From the NCBI GenBank assembly GCA_976551045.1, contig CDPCPM010000037.1:9610001-9674000 (forward strand): 64,000 nt of DNA. Direction: 5' to 3'. Made by a program: the position numbers and the translations under genes. The notes under the pieces were generated by a model. It was given only the letters and a program-made list of their open reading frames with translations, was not told the origin of the DNA and did no database searches. This document shows positions 1-13,012 of this stretch, one piece after another (within the stretch, counting starts at the first letter, position 1; each line of letters opens with the position of its first letter). The DNA comes from Glaucostegus cemiculus (lineage: Eukaryota).

Positions 1-1314
1 ATTGCTGATAAATAATTCATTTCATGATAATATCAATATTTTCCCTGTTACATCAGTGTGATTTTTTTTTGTGTCTGTGATTTTAATCTTACTATTTTTA
101 TAACTGTGTGAACCAATTATAAGAGATAGGACATGAAATAAATTAACCCTAGGCACGGCCTAGTTATTTACCCTGATTTAATTCAGATGTCGTCCCATGT
201 CCACATTCAGTATAAAATGGTCACCATCCTCTGCCCATGCAAAACAGATTATGTCAGAATATTTTCATATGGTAAAACAGTATTCTAGATGATAATAATA
301 TCACTATAATTGAATTCAGAATTATGAGTCTACTCTGGTTTATACAATCTGTAAAAATAGATTACTTCCAGAATCCTAAATCTCAAATTATGAAAGTGTA
401 AATGACAAATTTTACTTCATTTTTCTTTGTAAATTGTTCTTGTTAAGCATAAAGCCATGCAATTATGCAGGTCATTTTCTTTAATTGTTAAGTAACTTTC
501 CAAAGCCCCTCTCCAAGAATAGAAATAATGGCTTCTGTACTAACAGTTCCCTCTGCCCCTCTACAACAGGTGGGGACGTGGATTAAATTTTTTCAAAATT
601 GGAAATGGTTCTCTGCATAATTGTATATCTACCTGGTTTTTTTTATGAACCTTGTGGTGGAGTCTCCTACCCTTGAAAGTATAATTGGGAGCCTTAGTTA
701 AATCTAGCAGTTAACACATGGATTCACCAGCACTAGGGAAACCTGCCAAGTTTGAGGCAAGCAGAGTTAATGGCTCAAGGAAGCATGTGTTATCTGCAAC
801 TTTCTTCAAGGGCCAGGACAACCAGCATAGTTATCACTCAGCTCCTCAATGAAACTTTCAGTCTATCCATGCCCAATTCTGGCCACAATTGGAAGTCTTC
901 CCATGTGACCGAGAGAACTCTGCAAACCTAAATAACATAAGCAAACATTTCAGATTAATTGGCAAAGTAGATGCAATTTCTAAATACTTTAGACTGAAAA
1001 AAAAAATTACCATATTGCTCTGACAAATATAAATAAAAACTTCCATGAAGATGTATTTTTGAAGAATCCAAGGTGCAGTGGGCCACCAACCACTGATTTA
1101 ACCATCTAACTTGTTGGCTTTTTTTCAAAAGTAGTTGTCCGTAGAAAGATATGTAATCATCGTATAGTGAAATGTTGCTAACTCTTCAATTCTTACAAGT
1201 TTCAATGTATTAGAACTAAATTCATGGGAGATCTGCTTTTCAGCTTTCTGAATGAATTGTCTATGCTGTTGCACTATTTTGGCTGCAGCAAAGGATAGGT
1301 TAGACTCGTATTGA

Positions 1315-1625
1315 GTCACAGAGAGATACAGAATGAAAACAAGCCCTTTGGCCCAATGAACTCATGCCAAGCACCTATTTTACACTAATCCTATCCTAAC
1401 CCATTTTATTCTTCACACGTTCCCATCAATTCGATCCCCCTCCCCACCCCATCCCCGATTCTCAAGTTGATCTAACACGGGCAATTTACAGTGTTCAATT
1501 AATGTGTTGTTGGGATGTGAGAGAAAACCGGAGTACCTGGGGGGAAAAAACCTACAGGGAGAAAATGCAAAATCCACGTAGATAGCACTGGAGGTCAGGA
1601 CTGAACAAGGTCGCTGGTGTAATGA
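1315..1625 (-). mobile_element. Old degraded V-SINE/HE1-like element
   Basis: Diverged reverse complement of the SINE core (gggatgtgagagaaaaccggagtacctgggggg) with a CR1-like tail (gccctttggccc) at the left end. Confidence 0.65.
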
Positions 1626-2104
1626 GCTGGAGCTCACCTATAGGAGAAAATTTCAAAAGTTCATTTTTCAATATTTTCTTTGGATGTTATCTTAATTGAA
1701 TTGTCTTGATCATCAAATAATCTATTTGTTTTATATGAAGTAATTAGATTTATTATTTGATAATTGCCTTTGTTTCTTTTAATCATGTTGACAATCTGAA
1801 AATAGGTATAGTCATATACGTTTCTAATTGGAAAATATGTTGCTTTTCTTCTGCTTAAAGTGGTAAATCCACTGTAAATGAAATTCTTCATCATAAATTT
1901 GGCTACTAAGATACCCTGAAATGCATATTAATCTTGTGTGATCCAAAATGAGTGTTTACTTTCATTGTTTTAGTGTAATTTGAGAAGGTACTTTTTGTTG
2001 AAGTGAAGGTTATAGACTATAAAAACTTTTGAAATAAAAGGCTACCAATGTAATTTCTATAGAGTGATTTTGGAACCAGTTTTCTGTTTCAGAACTTCAG
2101 TTAA

Positions 2105-2326
<222 letters not shown>

Positions 2327-2919
2327 TAATTTAGAAGACCGCTCTCCTAACTGAGTCTTATTTTGTTTTTTAATTCAATCAGTTTCACCAAACAAAACTT
2401 AGTTTTAGTTCTGTTTTTGATCAACCTCAACCACCCAGAACGGGAAGTGACGTGGTCAATGGAGAACGACTAGCTGAATTGTGTAGTATAGTTATTATAA
2501 ACATCTAAATAGTGTGGAAGAATGCTGTTGTGTATTCTTCTGAATAGTTATAAGTAAATTTTATTCAAGTCTTATTAAGGTTATCAGATACTGGATGATG
2601 ATCACTCCAGTGCATTTGTGATCAAAAATACCAAAATGTTAGTTATCTTGGGTGGGCTTGACAAATGATTACAACACAGAAGTGGGTCATCTGGTGCAAC
2701 AGGTACATAATCCATATGGGCTTCCTTCCCCTGACTTCATGTATCCCCATTGTAATTTTTATTTTCTCTCATCTGTTTTTTTCTGGCTTCCTCTTAACCA
2801 CAACTCTTCCGTTCACCTCACTGACACTTGAGAGGGCAAGTTTGGCATTTTATCCAATGTCTGGTTAACTGTTTCTCCTGAAATTCTTTCAGATCTATTA
2901 ATGGCTGTCTTGTATTAGT

Positions 2920-3140
2920 GGAAACTTCTTCAAATGTCTATACTCTCAAATACTTTCTCTATTCTTTCAACAATTTATCTTTTAACCTTTTCAAGAGGAA
3001 AGAGCCTTAGACTGTTCCATCTTTCTTGTTAGTTATGACCTCTGTTTTGATAGTATCCTTGTATGGTCTTTTTTGCACTTTTTCCAGCACTTCCATCTAT
3101 TACTCACAACATGAAGACCAGAACCATTCGTGGTTAATGA
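2920..3140 (-). mobile_element. Degraded CR1-like LINE fragment
   Basis: Phrases resembling the minus-strand CR1 3' region (ttttgcactttttccagcacttccatc ... gaagaccagaacc). Confidence 0.4.
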
Positions 3141-3289
3141 TCATGAAGAACAAACCACTGTCTTTCGTTCCCCTCTCAATTATTTCATACAGCTAATTTG
3201 CACTGTTTTAATCTGAACCAGGCTGTTCTCAGCATGCTGTCCTAACTGTAGCTGAGCTTCCAATCCTATATTCAATCCATCTCAAAAGT

Positions 3290-3570
3290 TTCTGCTGCTG
3301 CTACCTCTGCAATATTAACCATATCTGTTGCTACTTCAACTAACCTGCTTTTGAAACCATCATATACTACCTTAATGTTGAACTATTGCAATGTTCTTCA
3401 GGCCAGCCTGTCATTTGCAGGTCTTTGTGAACTTGTGCTCACTTAAAACAATGCTGCCTGTATCCACCTCTTGTCACCTGTCATTCCTGTAAATGCTAAT
3501 CTCCATTGTTTTCTGATCTACATATAACTGCATTTTAAAAATTTTCATTCCCATATTCCAGCTCTTCTGT
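3290..3570 (+). mobile_element. Degraded L2-like LINE fragment
   Basis: aactattgcaatgttcttc ... aaaacaatgctgcc ... cacctgtcattcctg ... tttaaaa resembles the L2 ORF2 C-terminus (DYCNxLL...QNxAA...HITPVL). Confidence 0.4.
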
Positions 3571-3737
3571 GGATTCTCCCTTTTGCTCTAGGAGTTGCTC
3601 TACTGTACTGCATAGCAAACTAAACCCCTTTTGTCTTTCCAGTTACCCCCAAATTTTATTAAATGGAAGGCATCCAAGAGAAAATACTATGAATAATCAA
3701 AAAAATAAAATGTAGCTTTCAATGTTATTATTCAAGG

Positions 3738-4990
3738 TTATAAGAACATAAGAAATAGTACCAAGAGTAGGCCAATATCTCCTTGAGCTTGCTTCAGCAT
3801 TCATTCAGATGGTAGCTAGTTAGATCATCATCTGACGTCCTCTTTCCTCCCTGTTCCCAATAATCTATGATTTGATTGTGGATCAAAGTCTACTTTGACT
3901 CTGAATATATTCAGTGCTTGGGCCTCCATACCTCCTGGGTGAGAGAGTTACAATGACTAACAACCCTTGGAGAACAAAAGTCTCTTCATCTCTGCTTAAA
4001 TGAGCTATCCCTTATTTTGAAGCTGCCATCCTAATTCTAGATACCCCTGTGAGGAGCAAAATCCTGTCAACATTATTTAGCCTGATAAGCCTCCTCAGAA
4101 TCTTGTGTTTCAATAAGATTACCTCTCATTCATCCAGTGAATATAGGCCCAGTCTGTTGAACAGTTCCCCACCCCTTCATCCAGGAATCAATTTCCCTGA
4201 ATTACCTCCAATGCAAGTAAAATACTCCTTCAATAAACAGACCAAGAAGTCTAGATATGGTCTCACCAATTCGGGGTACAGTTATAACAAGACGTCCCTA
4301 CTTTATATTCTACCTGCTCTGCCATGAAGACTACCATCCATTTGCTTTCCAATTGCTTTTTCTACCTGCATGCTAACTTTCTGTGTTTTGTGTACAAGGA
4401 CCCACTAGTCCCTTCTGTAGTCTTTCTCCATTTGAGCAATATTCCACTTACTTATAACTAAAATGGATAACCTGGAGTTTCTCCACATTGTGCTCCCTAT
4501 GCTATTTTATTTTTGCCAACTTGCTTAACTTAGCACTATGCCTTTGGACACTCTGTGTCCTTCTCACTGTTTACTTTACCATCTGTCTTTGTACCTTCAT
4601 CGGATGTGGCTACAGTGGATTCATTCTCTTGATCTAATTTATTACCATAGCTTATTGCTATATGTGCTCTAGCACCTTACTGGTAAAACGGCACAATAGT
4701 ATAGCAGTTAGCACAACGCTGTTACAGCGCCAGTGATCAGGGTTCGATTCCCCTCACTGACTGTAAGGAGATTGTACGTTCTCCCGTGTCTGCATGGATT
4801 TCCTCCGGGTGCTCTGGTTTCCTCCCACATTCTAAAAAACGTATAGGTAGGTTAATTTGAGGGTTTAAAAATGGGTGGTGCAGACTCGTTGGGCCGTAAG
4901 GGCCTGTTACCACGCTGTAAATAAAATAAAAAAAATAAAATAACCCTCTTGTCAATTCCCTGTCTTCTATTCATTTGCTAGTTCTCTCAA
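3738..4990 (-). mobile_element. Degraded CR1 LINE 3' part, interrupted by a SINE at about 4688-4942
   Basis: cataagaaatag...gagtaggcc tail complement at the left end, followed by typical CR1 RT/3' phrases. CR1-like sequence appears to resume after the SINE. Confidence 0.7.
4688..4942 (+). mobile_element. tRNA-derived V-SINE (HE1-like) with CR1-type tail
   Basis: A-box-like tagtatagcagtta, B box ggttcgattcc, V-domain ttctcccgtgtctgcatggatttcctccgggtgctctggtttcctcccaca, tail gggccgtaagggcctgttaccacgctgta, then an A-rich end. Confidence 0.88.
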
Positions 4991-4994
4991 TAGC

Positions 4995-6130
4995 AAGTTG
5001 GGACCATGGCTGTGATGAGATCTAGCATAGAATGCTCTTGGCAGAACCCAAACTAAGGATGGATACCTAAATACCTCTTCATAACATTGTTAACAAAATC
5101 TATCAGCACTTTGCTGATGATTGAGATTTGCATGATTGGGCAGTAATTAGCTGGATTGTTTTTCTGTATTTTTTTTCTCAGAACACAAGTAATTTTCCAT
5201 GATGTCAGATGGCTCCCATTATGGTAATACTGAAAGAGCTTGAATTCAGTAATACCTTGTCCAGTTGTAGCAAGACTTCAACATGTTACAAACATTCAGT
5301 TCTGCAACCAGAGTGTTCCCAGGGCCAAAGCCTTTGCTATGGTCAGTGCACCTGGCTATTTTGTGATAGCATGTGGAATGACTTGAATAGATTGGAAACT
5401 GGCTTTCAGTGGTAATGTCAGGAAAAGGCCAAGACAAATCATCCACTCACTACTTCTGGCTGAAAACAGATAGATACATCCACCTTGTCTTTTGCACTTG
5501 TGCTGGACTCTGGCATTTTTGAAGATGTTCATGGAATCTTCCCTTCCCATTATCTGTCAGATTGTCCACCACTAATCACAATTGGATATGGTCTGTTGGC
5601 AGTGGAATTCTTTGGCTTAATCTACATCTTGCAGTTTTCACTGTTTAGCATGTATGTGTTGCTGCTTCACCAGGTTGGCATTTCATTCATACTAATACTG
5701 TCATGGATAGACGCTTCTGCTACAGGTAGTTTAATGAGGATGAGGTCAAGCAGGCATCTTCTGTTTTCTTTGTTCTCCCTTCATCTGGCCCCCTGGATGT
5801 TGGGAGAAATGTATGATTCATGTGAGGCTATTGCTTAACTTATTTTGTGATTATAGGTCTCCCAATAATGATGTTTCCCAGGTAACCGTGTGAAGTACTT
5901 GTAGGATCAACTTGGAGGGATCTATCTTTGTTGTTTCCTAACCTGGTGTTTTTGTGGTTGATGGGTGGTCTGTTGATTTTATTTTTATTATTGTTTTATG
6001 CAGTGGTTTGATTCAACTGAGTAGTTTGCTAGATCTCATTAGAGGGCAGTTAAAACTCAACCATTGTCCTGTGGAAAAGGGTTACATACAGGCCACACCT
6101 GTCTAGAATGGTGCACTAAACTTCTAAACT
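4995..6130. mobile_element. Probable highly degraded non-LTR retroelement
   Basis: Phrases such as gcagaacccaaact, agcactttgctgatgattgag and tgattgggcagtaat resemble minus-strand LINE RT sequence. No intact ORF; family not assigned. Confidence 0.35.
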
Positions 6131-6520
6131 GAGTAAAAATGGTATCTTCTTGCTTAAAGGACATGTGAATTAATTGAGTTTATAATATAGTTAAACGTAA
6201 TTCTCAAATAATTAGCTGAACTATGGGTGCAGAACTAAATTTATTGCAAGAAATTGCTATTGTTATGCACTATGTCTAAGATAAAATGGAAATTACAGAT
6301 TCTTTTTAAAAAAAATCACATAAAATGACATATTTTCAAAATGATTAAGGTAAACTACAAGTTTACCTGTGATTCAGTTTGAGAGGCTTTATACAGTTTC
6401 TCCTTTTTTGCCGTTAATAATGATGTTTACTTTGATCTAAATCAGATTAATTTATCCAGCTAACAAGTGTGGAATCTAAAAAGGCATTGGTTCTAAATTT
6501 TCTAAAAAAAATTGAAATGA

Positions 6521-6634
<114 letters not shown>

Positions 6635-7508
6635 TAAGAATGCGGTTTAATAGCTTCTGCTTTACTATGGTTTGTGTGGGTTTAGTTGTTTAACTTCAGG
6701 GCATGTTGAAGTAATTATCTAAACCACAGGCAAAAGTGGATTTTTTAAAAACTAACTTTCATTTTTGCATTGTTCTCTGGTGTACTGGGAGAGTGGTGAA
6801 GAAGAAAATATAATAAAAGAATGGGGAAGTTAGTCCCACAGTTAATTTTGTATCTCACCGATTTTGAAGAATAGTTAGCTGATATATGTCTGATGCATAT
6901 TTGCATATAGCTGTGGGCTACTAGTACAGGTAGACTGACTTGACAGGAGATCAGCACTTGTTTTATCATGCTACAGTTATGATCCATTAGCTGGCAAATC
7001 ACTTGAACCTTTTGATTTCCATCTTCTCTATATGTTACTATTTCAGAATTTATAAAGAGTAAACAATTTGACTTTGTTTTCTGCATTTTCCCTTCTAAAA
7101 CATTTTGTGTTATAGTTGTTTGTTTAAAACATTGAAGCATTGTAGCTGATCCTAATCCTCTTCCAATATCACATGAGCCCTAAGCACTTTCCAGCAACAG
7201 GCCAACAGAAAGGAATCAGAGAAGTGAAGCCTGGCTCATTTCTCCCCATGCTTTTTCTAGCACTTTCCTGCCACTGTGTCAGAGTGACATACAGATCAAA
7301 ACATTGAGCATTCTGTCCTGAATGGCTCCGTGCAATATCACTACATTTGCCCAGCAGTCATTTCCACAATACATTTATTTCCAGAGGTAAAAGATTTACA
7401 CACTACAGAATAGCTCTTTTATAGTTGCTGAGGTGTTGCTTCCTGTTTTATATTAGAAATTGCAGGAAACATATGAATTGTCTTGTTTCTTCTCCAGCTT
7501 TTGTTTAG

Positions 7509-7670
<162 letters not shown>

Positions 7671-7999
7671 TGAAAGGATCACTTTAAAATAATTATAAAA
7701 GTTGATTGAAAATCAGTTGTTTTCCATTGCAAAATATCTTGCATAAAAGATTACAGAATTAGTTTATGAGTAAACTACCTTTTGAGTAAAGCTTAATGAT
7801 TTAGGATTAATGTTTTGATAAATGATTGTTATACATGCTTCAAAAAATAAAATAGTAGATTGACAGCACTATTGTATACAAAATTTCCCCAAATATAATG
7901 AAACTGTATGACGAATATATAGCACTCAATATGATCACGCCAGTATTAAATTTAGGGGGAGGGGAAGTAGTCCTACTATTACATAAAAGTTGTCTTCTA

Positions 8000-8320
8000 T
8001 TTTTATGACAATGTAGGTGCTATTTAGTTGAAGTATCTTAAATGATAAGGGTTACTTCCTATGGTAAAGACTCCAGAATAAAAAAGGTGTAATCTAAAAT
8101 TGGTTTAGGAATGATGGAGTCAAAACAGAAAGCACTTTTCCTACAGATTGTGGTGAAACCTGGAAACATTATGTGGGTGGACAATAGAAACTTTTAAGGT
8201 TACAAGCAATATAGCAAGGGACATAATTGAGTAAATTGACACAGGAGAAATCAGCCGTGATGTAACTGAATGGTGGAACTAGCTCAAAGAGCTGAATGGC
8301 TTACTTGTGTTCCTATTTAT
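8000..8320 (+). mobile_element. Degraded CR1 3' end
   Basis: atcagccgtgatgtaactgaatggtggaactagctcaaagagctgaatggcttacttgtgttcctat is a CR1-type tail. Confidence 0.6.
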
Positions 8321-8672
8321 TATTTATTTTTAGACATTGTATGTTTAAGTCTTAACTCTAATTGAATTAGTTCGCTCCATTTTAACAAGTTGCAAATAAT
8401 TGTGAAGAAAAGAGGTCCTTACTCAAAAATTACCTTCATGTTCTATGGGAATGATTTAGGGACGCATGTTAAATGTAAAATAGGTGTGATTCATACAGTA
8501 TCAAGTGTGGAATTGGCTGTAATTTTATTAGCATGGATTGAGAATTGGTTAATTATCAGAAAAAAATATGTAGCATGTGGCAGTTTTTTTGGCAGCGTGC
8601 ATATATTCTGTGATATGTTCTGAATTTTCATCTATACTTAACAACATTAAAGAAGGATGATGGAAATATCTT

Positions 8673-8974
8673 AAGATAAGAGATATCTTTATTAGTCACA
8701 TGTACATCGAAACACACAGTAAAATGTATCTTTTGTATAGAGTGTTCTGGGGGCAGCCCACAAGTGTCACCACGCTTCCAGCGCCAATGTAGCATGCCCA
8801 CAACTTCCTAACCCATATGTCTTTGGAATGTGGGAGGAAACTGGAGCACCCGGAGGAAACCCATGCAGACGCTGGCAGAACACACAAACTCCTTAGAGAC
8901 AGCAGCAGGAATTCAACCTGGGTCGCTGGCACTATAATAGCGTAATGCTAACCACTACACTACCGTTCCTGCCC
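8673..8974 (-). mobile_element. tRNA-derived V-SINE (HE1-like), alternative-tail subfamily
   Basis: Reverse complement of the A/B boxes, the V-domain and the tail ...gtgtgtttcgatgtacatgtgactaataaa. Highly similar to 9116-9410 and 37141-37431. Confidence 0.9.
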
Positions 8975-9115
8975 TATAAAATTAATGCTTTACATTATGA
9001 TAGCAGATTTATAATAATTGTAATTCTTGTTTGAATAAGGATTAGTTTAGCTAAAACATAGTTACATTTGTATTGGAATGAAAAATATAGCTATTCTGAT
9101 TTCTACGAGTCATAG

Positions 9116-9410
9116 TGACAACACAGTAGCATAGTGGTTAGCACAATGCTTTACAGCGCCAGCGACCTGGGTTCAAATCTGGCCGCTGTCTGTAAGGAGT
9201 TTGTACGTTCTCCCCGTGTCTGTGTGGGTTTCCTCCGGGTGCTCTGGTTTTCTCCCACTTTCCAAAGATGTACAGGTTAGGAAGTTATGGGCATGCTATG
9301 TTGGCGCCGGAAGCGTGATGACACTTGCTGGCTGCCCCCCAAAATCACTGCGCAAAAGATGTATTTCACTGTGTATTTTGATGTATGTGTGACAAATAAA
9401 GATCTTATCT
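9116..9410 (+). mobile_element. tRNA-derived V-SINE (HE1-like), alternative-tail subfamily
   Basis: tagcatagtggtta (A box), ggttcaaatct (B box), V-domain, tail ggcatgctatgttggcgccggaagc...gtgacaaataaagatctt. Confidence 0.9.
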
Positions 9411-9618
9411 GAATGACATCATGTGATGAATTGACAAATAAAACAGTGGGCACAAGAAATTACTCAAAATTATATTTCCAATGTCCCAGATACATTGAAA
9501 ATGTGTTTCCATTAATAAAATTTGGGTCTGTAGAATGAGTAGATAATGTAGTGCTGGTCCATTTCTTATTCCTGAAGGCACTCATGTAGTTAGAACATTG
9601 TCAGTTAATTCATGATAG

Positions 9619-9792
<174 letters not shown>

Positions 9793-9942
9793 TCAAAGCT
9801 AATATTTGGTGCTGAAATGTTATGTATCCAGAATGTCTTAAGACAAGATTTGTATTGTTTCCCTACTTCACAACCTCATTGTAAATTCCAATTTGTACAA
9901 ATCTGTAGCACACCTCAGTAAGTGAACAATTGTATAATATGA

Positions 9943-9948
9943 AATAAA
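9943..9948 (+). terminator. DPM1: Likely DPM1 polyadenylation signal
   Basis: AATAAA about 150 nt after the stop, followed by T/GT-rich sequence (ttttgtttg at about 9981). Confidence 0.7.
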
Positions 9949-12649
9949 TCATTCCAGTCTTTGAATAAGACTGTTATTAATTTTGTTTGACTCATTTTAA
10001 TGCTGGTAGCCCTCCTGCCATAAATCATGTTACTGAATTGTTTTGTCTGTTTTGTAACTAGTTAAGAAAACAGGCATAGTCTTATTTTGACTTACCACTA
10101 ATACTGCCTGCTGTTACCAATATTTATCTTTTGGTCTCCAATTAAATCAGAAGAATTTATATTATGGTAACACCTGATAACGCATAGTTCATATCAGATA
10201 TGAGTTAGTCGGACTTGCTTTTAACAGATAATTTAACATTATTATGTTCTGAAAATTTACAGATACAAATTCTAATATAATTAGCAATTTATTCTTATTT
10301 TCTGTAAAACAATTGAGAGTTCCAAGGGTTCCCATCTAACTTAATTTAGAAAATTAATACTTGGAAATTATGATTAGAAATAACAATTTTGATTGTTTTC
10401 AGATATTTTCACTTTCCATTAGTTATTTACTTATAATATTCATTTTAATTATGATATATTATCTTTCCTAAAGGAATAATCCTTAATTCTGTCAGAGATA
10501 AATTAAAATGTACCAATATCTACATGAACATTTATGCAAGTACAATTTTTTCTATACTGACAGATCCTGTTGGGTATAGGTTTATTTGTTTCACTTTCGT
10601 GTCTATTGCCTCAGTAATTCTGTCTGCTAGAATTTTGTATCCCTCTAGATCTTTAGTGCTATTCAGAGAATTTGCTTTCGAGGGTATCTCAATCCCACAA
10701 TAAAGCTGGTAGAAGGAAGTACAATGTGTGCTTTATTTGGTTGTTACTTCAGTTGATGAAGTTCCTGGATTTCACTCGGTATCTTCATTAGGCAGGCCAT
10801 TACTGAACGCTTACTGTGATGGGAATTACATGTGTAAACTTGCATTCTTACTTTCTGTGGTGTCACATGTTAAGTTTATCTAAAATTGGTATGGGTTTTA
10901 CTTTCAATAGGACATGCTTTGCACTTGTTGATTTATGCATGTTTGTAGTCAAAATGTCATAATTTTGAGTTAATTATTTATTTTAATTAGGATCCAGAAA
11001 TGTTAATCTTCCAACTTTGCATCATTTCAGGTTATTGGTGAAAATTGCACAGGTATGTTTATTGCATAGTCTCATTGAAAAATTACATTGCATGTTCACT
11101 TAATTGATCTGTGCTGTGGTTTAGAGTGCTGTTTGTGTGTATTGTAACATAAAACCACAATTTGTTTCACCTTCTGTTAATATGATGTAGAACTTTTTTC
11201 ATTTTGAATTCTGTTTGCCTTTTAGTTCTGTCTAAACAAAGTGGTTTTCTTTAACTAGATTCTTACACATTTGACCAGATACAGATTAACTGTTGAAAAT
11301 AACTATTCTTGGACCTGTTATATACATTTGATTGTGGTGAGTAAACAAATTATCTGTTTACAACTACCAAATTCTTTTGGATTTTTATGAAACAACTTTT
11401 CAACTCTCATGATTTTGCAGGTGCTTACTCAGGATGGCTAACTAGGTACTGTCTTTGCACTGAGGTTCTGAAATGTGTGACTATATTTTTGTTCCAGTGG
11501 AGTAACTAGACAATTATCATCAAACCAAGATAACCTCCACTGTTAGCCACAATGCACGTCACACCACATGTTGATAGAAATCTTTCTAGTAACCTATTTT
11601 TAACGCCCGTGTAAAAGCAATCTGTATTTGTTTTTGTATGAAGATTTCAAGAAATAGTTCCCTAAATATATTGTACATAACATTTTACTAAATTAATGAA
11701 AAGGCTGTGTTTTAGAACAAGTGTTTATTTCTAAAATTCTGGATCTAAATGCACAGCACAAATAAAATCTTTAGAAAGCAGGAAGTTGTATTTGTGTATC
11801 AGCTTTCACATCTTCTATGTCCTAAACCAGCTTTGCAAGCAATGGATTGTATTTGAAGTACAATCATTATTATGTAAGGCAGAGTGGTAGGTAATTTATA
11901 CACAAAAGGATGAATAAATAATTGCTGTATTTGGAACACAAATATTGCTGTATTTGTACACCTGAACTAGCAGACTGGTCCTTGGTTTAAAGTGTCAACT
12001 GAAAGGCAGCATCTCTTAAATTCTCTTAAGGCATCCATGCAGATTTGATGTTTAAACTTACAGTAGTCCTAACATGTGTAATTTTATGACTCATGAGACA
12101 AAAATGCTAAGTTTGGGTTGGAAGTTTAATTAATATTTCCTTTTGTCATTTTGGTTTGCTCACAAAGATCTCTGACTGAAGAACTTGCTCACTCTTGAAA
12201 GAGGAATTGCAGTGTGAGGCTCTAGTGAAGCTAACAAAAGAGCATCAAATAATCCATTTAATTCTGATTTTGATGAAACGTTAACATTTCACCCCAAAAG
12301 TACTGAGTTCAGGTAAATACCCAAAATTGCTTGGTGATAGTCTTAAAACATTATTATTGATTGTATTACACTCAGCATGGTCTCTTTCATGTGGACAACA
12401 GTAAGGCAAAGCATCTTGCTGGCTTGCCTCTATAAAATTGTGCCTAGAACAACCTCAAATGAGATCAGAAATACTCGTACAAATCATCTTTACATTTAGT
12501 CAAGGATTCTGTGTTCTCAAAACAAAAATTTCAAGAAATATAATGAAAATGTCTGACTAATTTAAAATGGGATATTTAATTATACTTCAATCAAAACTAT
12601 AGCACTACAGAAGCATCAAAATAAGTACAAGACCAAATGTTGGAGTCTA

Positions 12650-12952
12650 NNNNNNNNNNNNNNNNNNNNNNNNNNNNNNNNNNNNNNNNNNNNNNNNNNN
12701 NNNNNNNNNNNNNNNNNNNNNNNNNNNNNNNNNNNNNNNNNNNNNNNNNNNNNNNNNNNNNNNNNNNNNNNNNNNNNNNNNNNNNNNNNNNNNNNNNNNN
12801 NNNNNNNNNNNNNNNNNNNNNNNNNNNNNNNNNNNNNNNNNNNNNNNNNNNNNNNNNNNNNNNNNNNNNNNNNNNNNNNNNNNNNNNNNNNNNNNNNNNN
12901 NNNNNNNNNNNNNNNNNNNNNNNNNNNNNNNNNNNNNNNNNNNNNNNNNNNN
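12650..12952. other. Assembly gap (303 N)
   Basis: Run of N characters. Confidence 1.
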
Positions 12953-12965
12953 AAGTTTCTGTCCG

Positions 12966-13012
12966 TTTATTTATTTATTTATCTATCTATCTATCTATTT
13001 ATTTATTTATTT
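12966..13012. repeat. Compound (TTTA)n/(TCTA)n microsatellite next to the gap
   Basis: Tetranucleotide repeats seen directly. Confidence 0.9.

Noticed and set aside
2588-2740. C/D-box snoRNA in a DPM1 intron (gatgatga within a small ctgga/tccag hairpin)
   Set aside because: No well-placed D box with a terminal stem, and it is far from the 3' splice site.
9116-9190. tRNA gene suggested by A/B boxes (also at 4688, 8900 and 37360)
   Set aside because: These are SINE heads continuing into a V-domain and tail, with no convincing cloverleaf.
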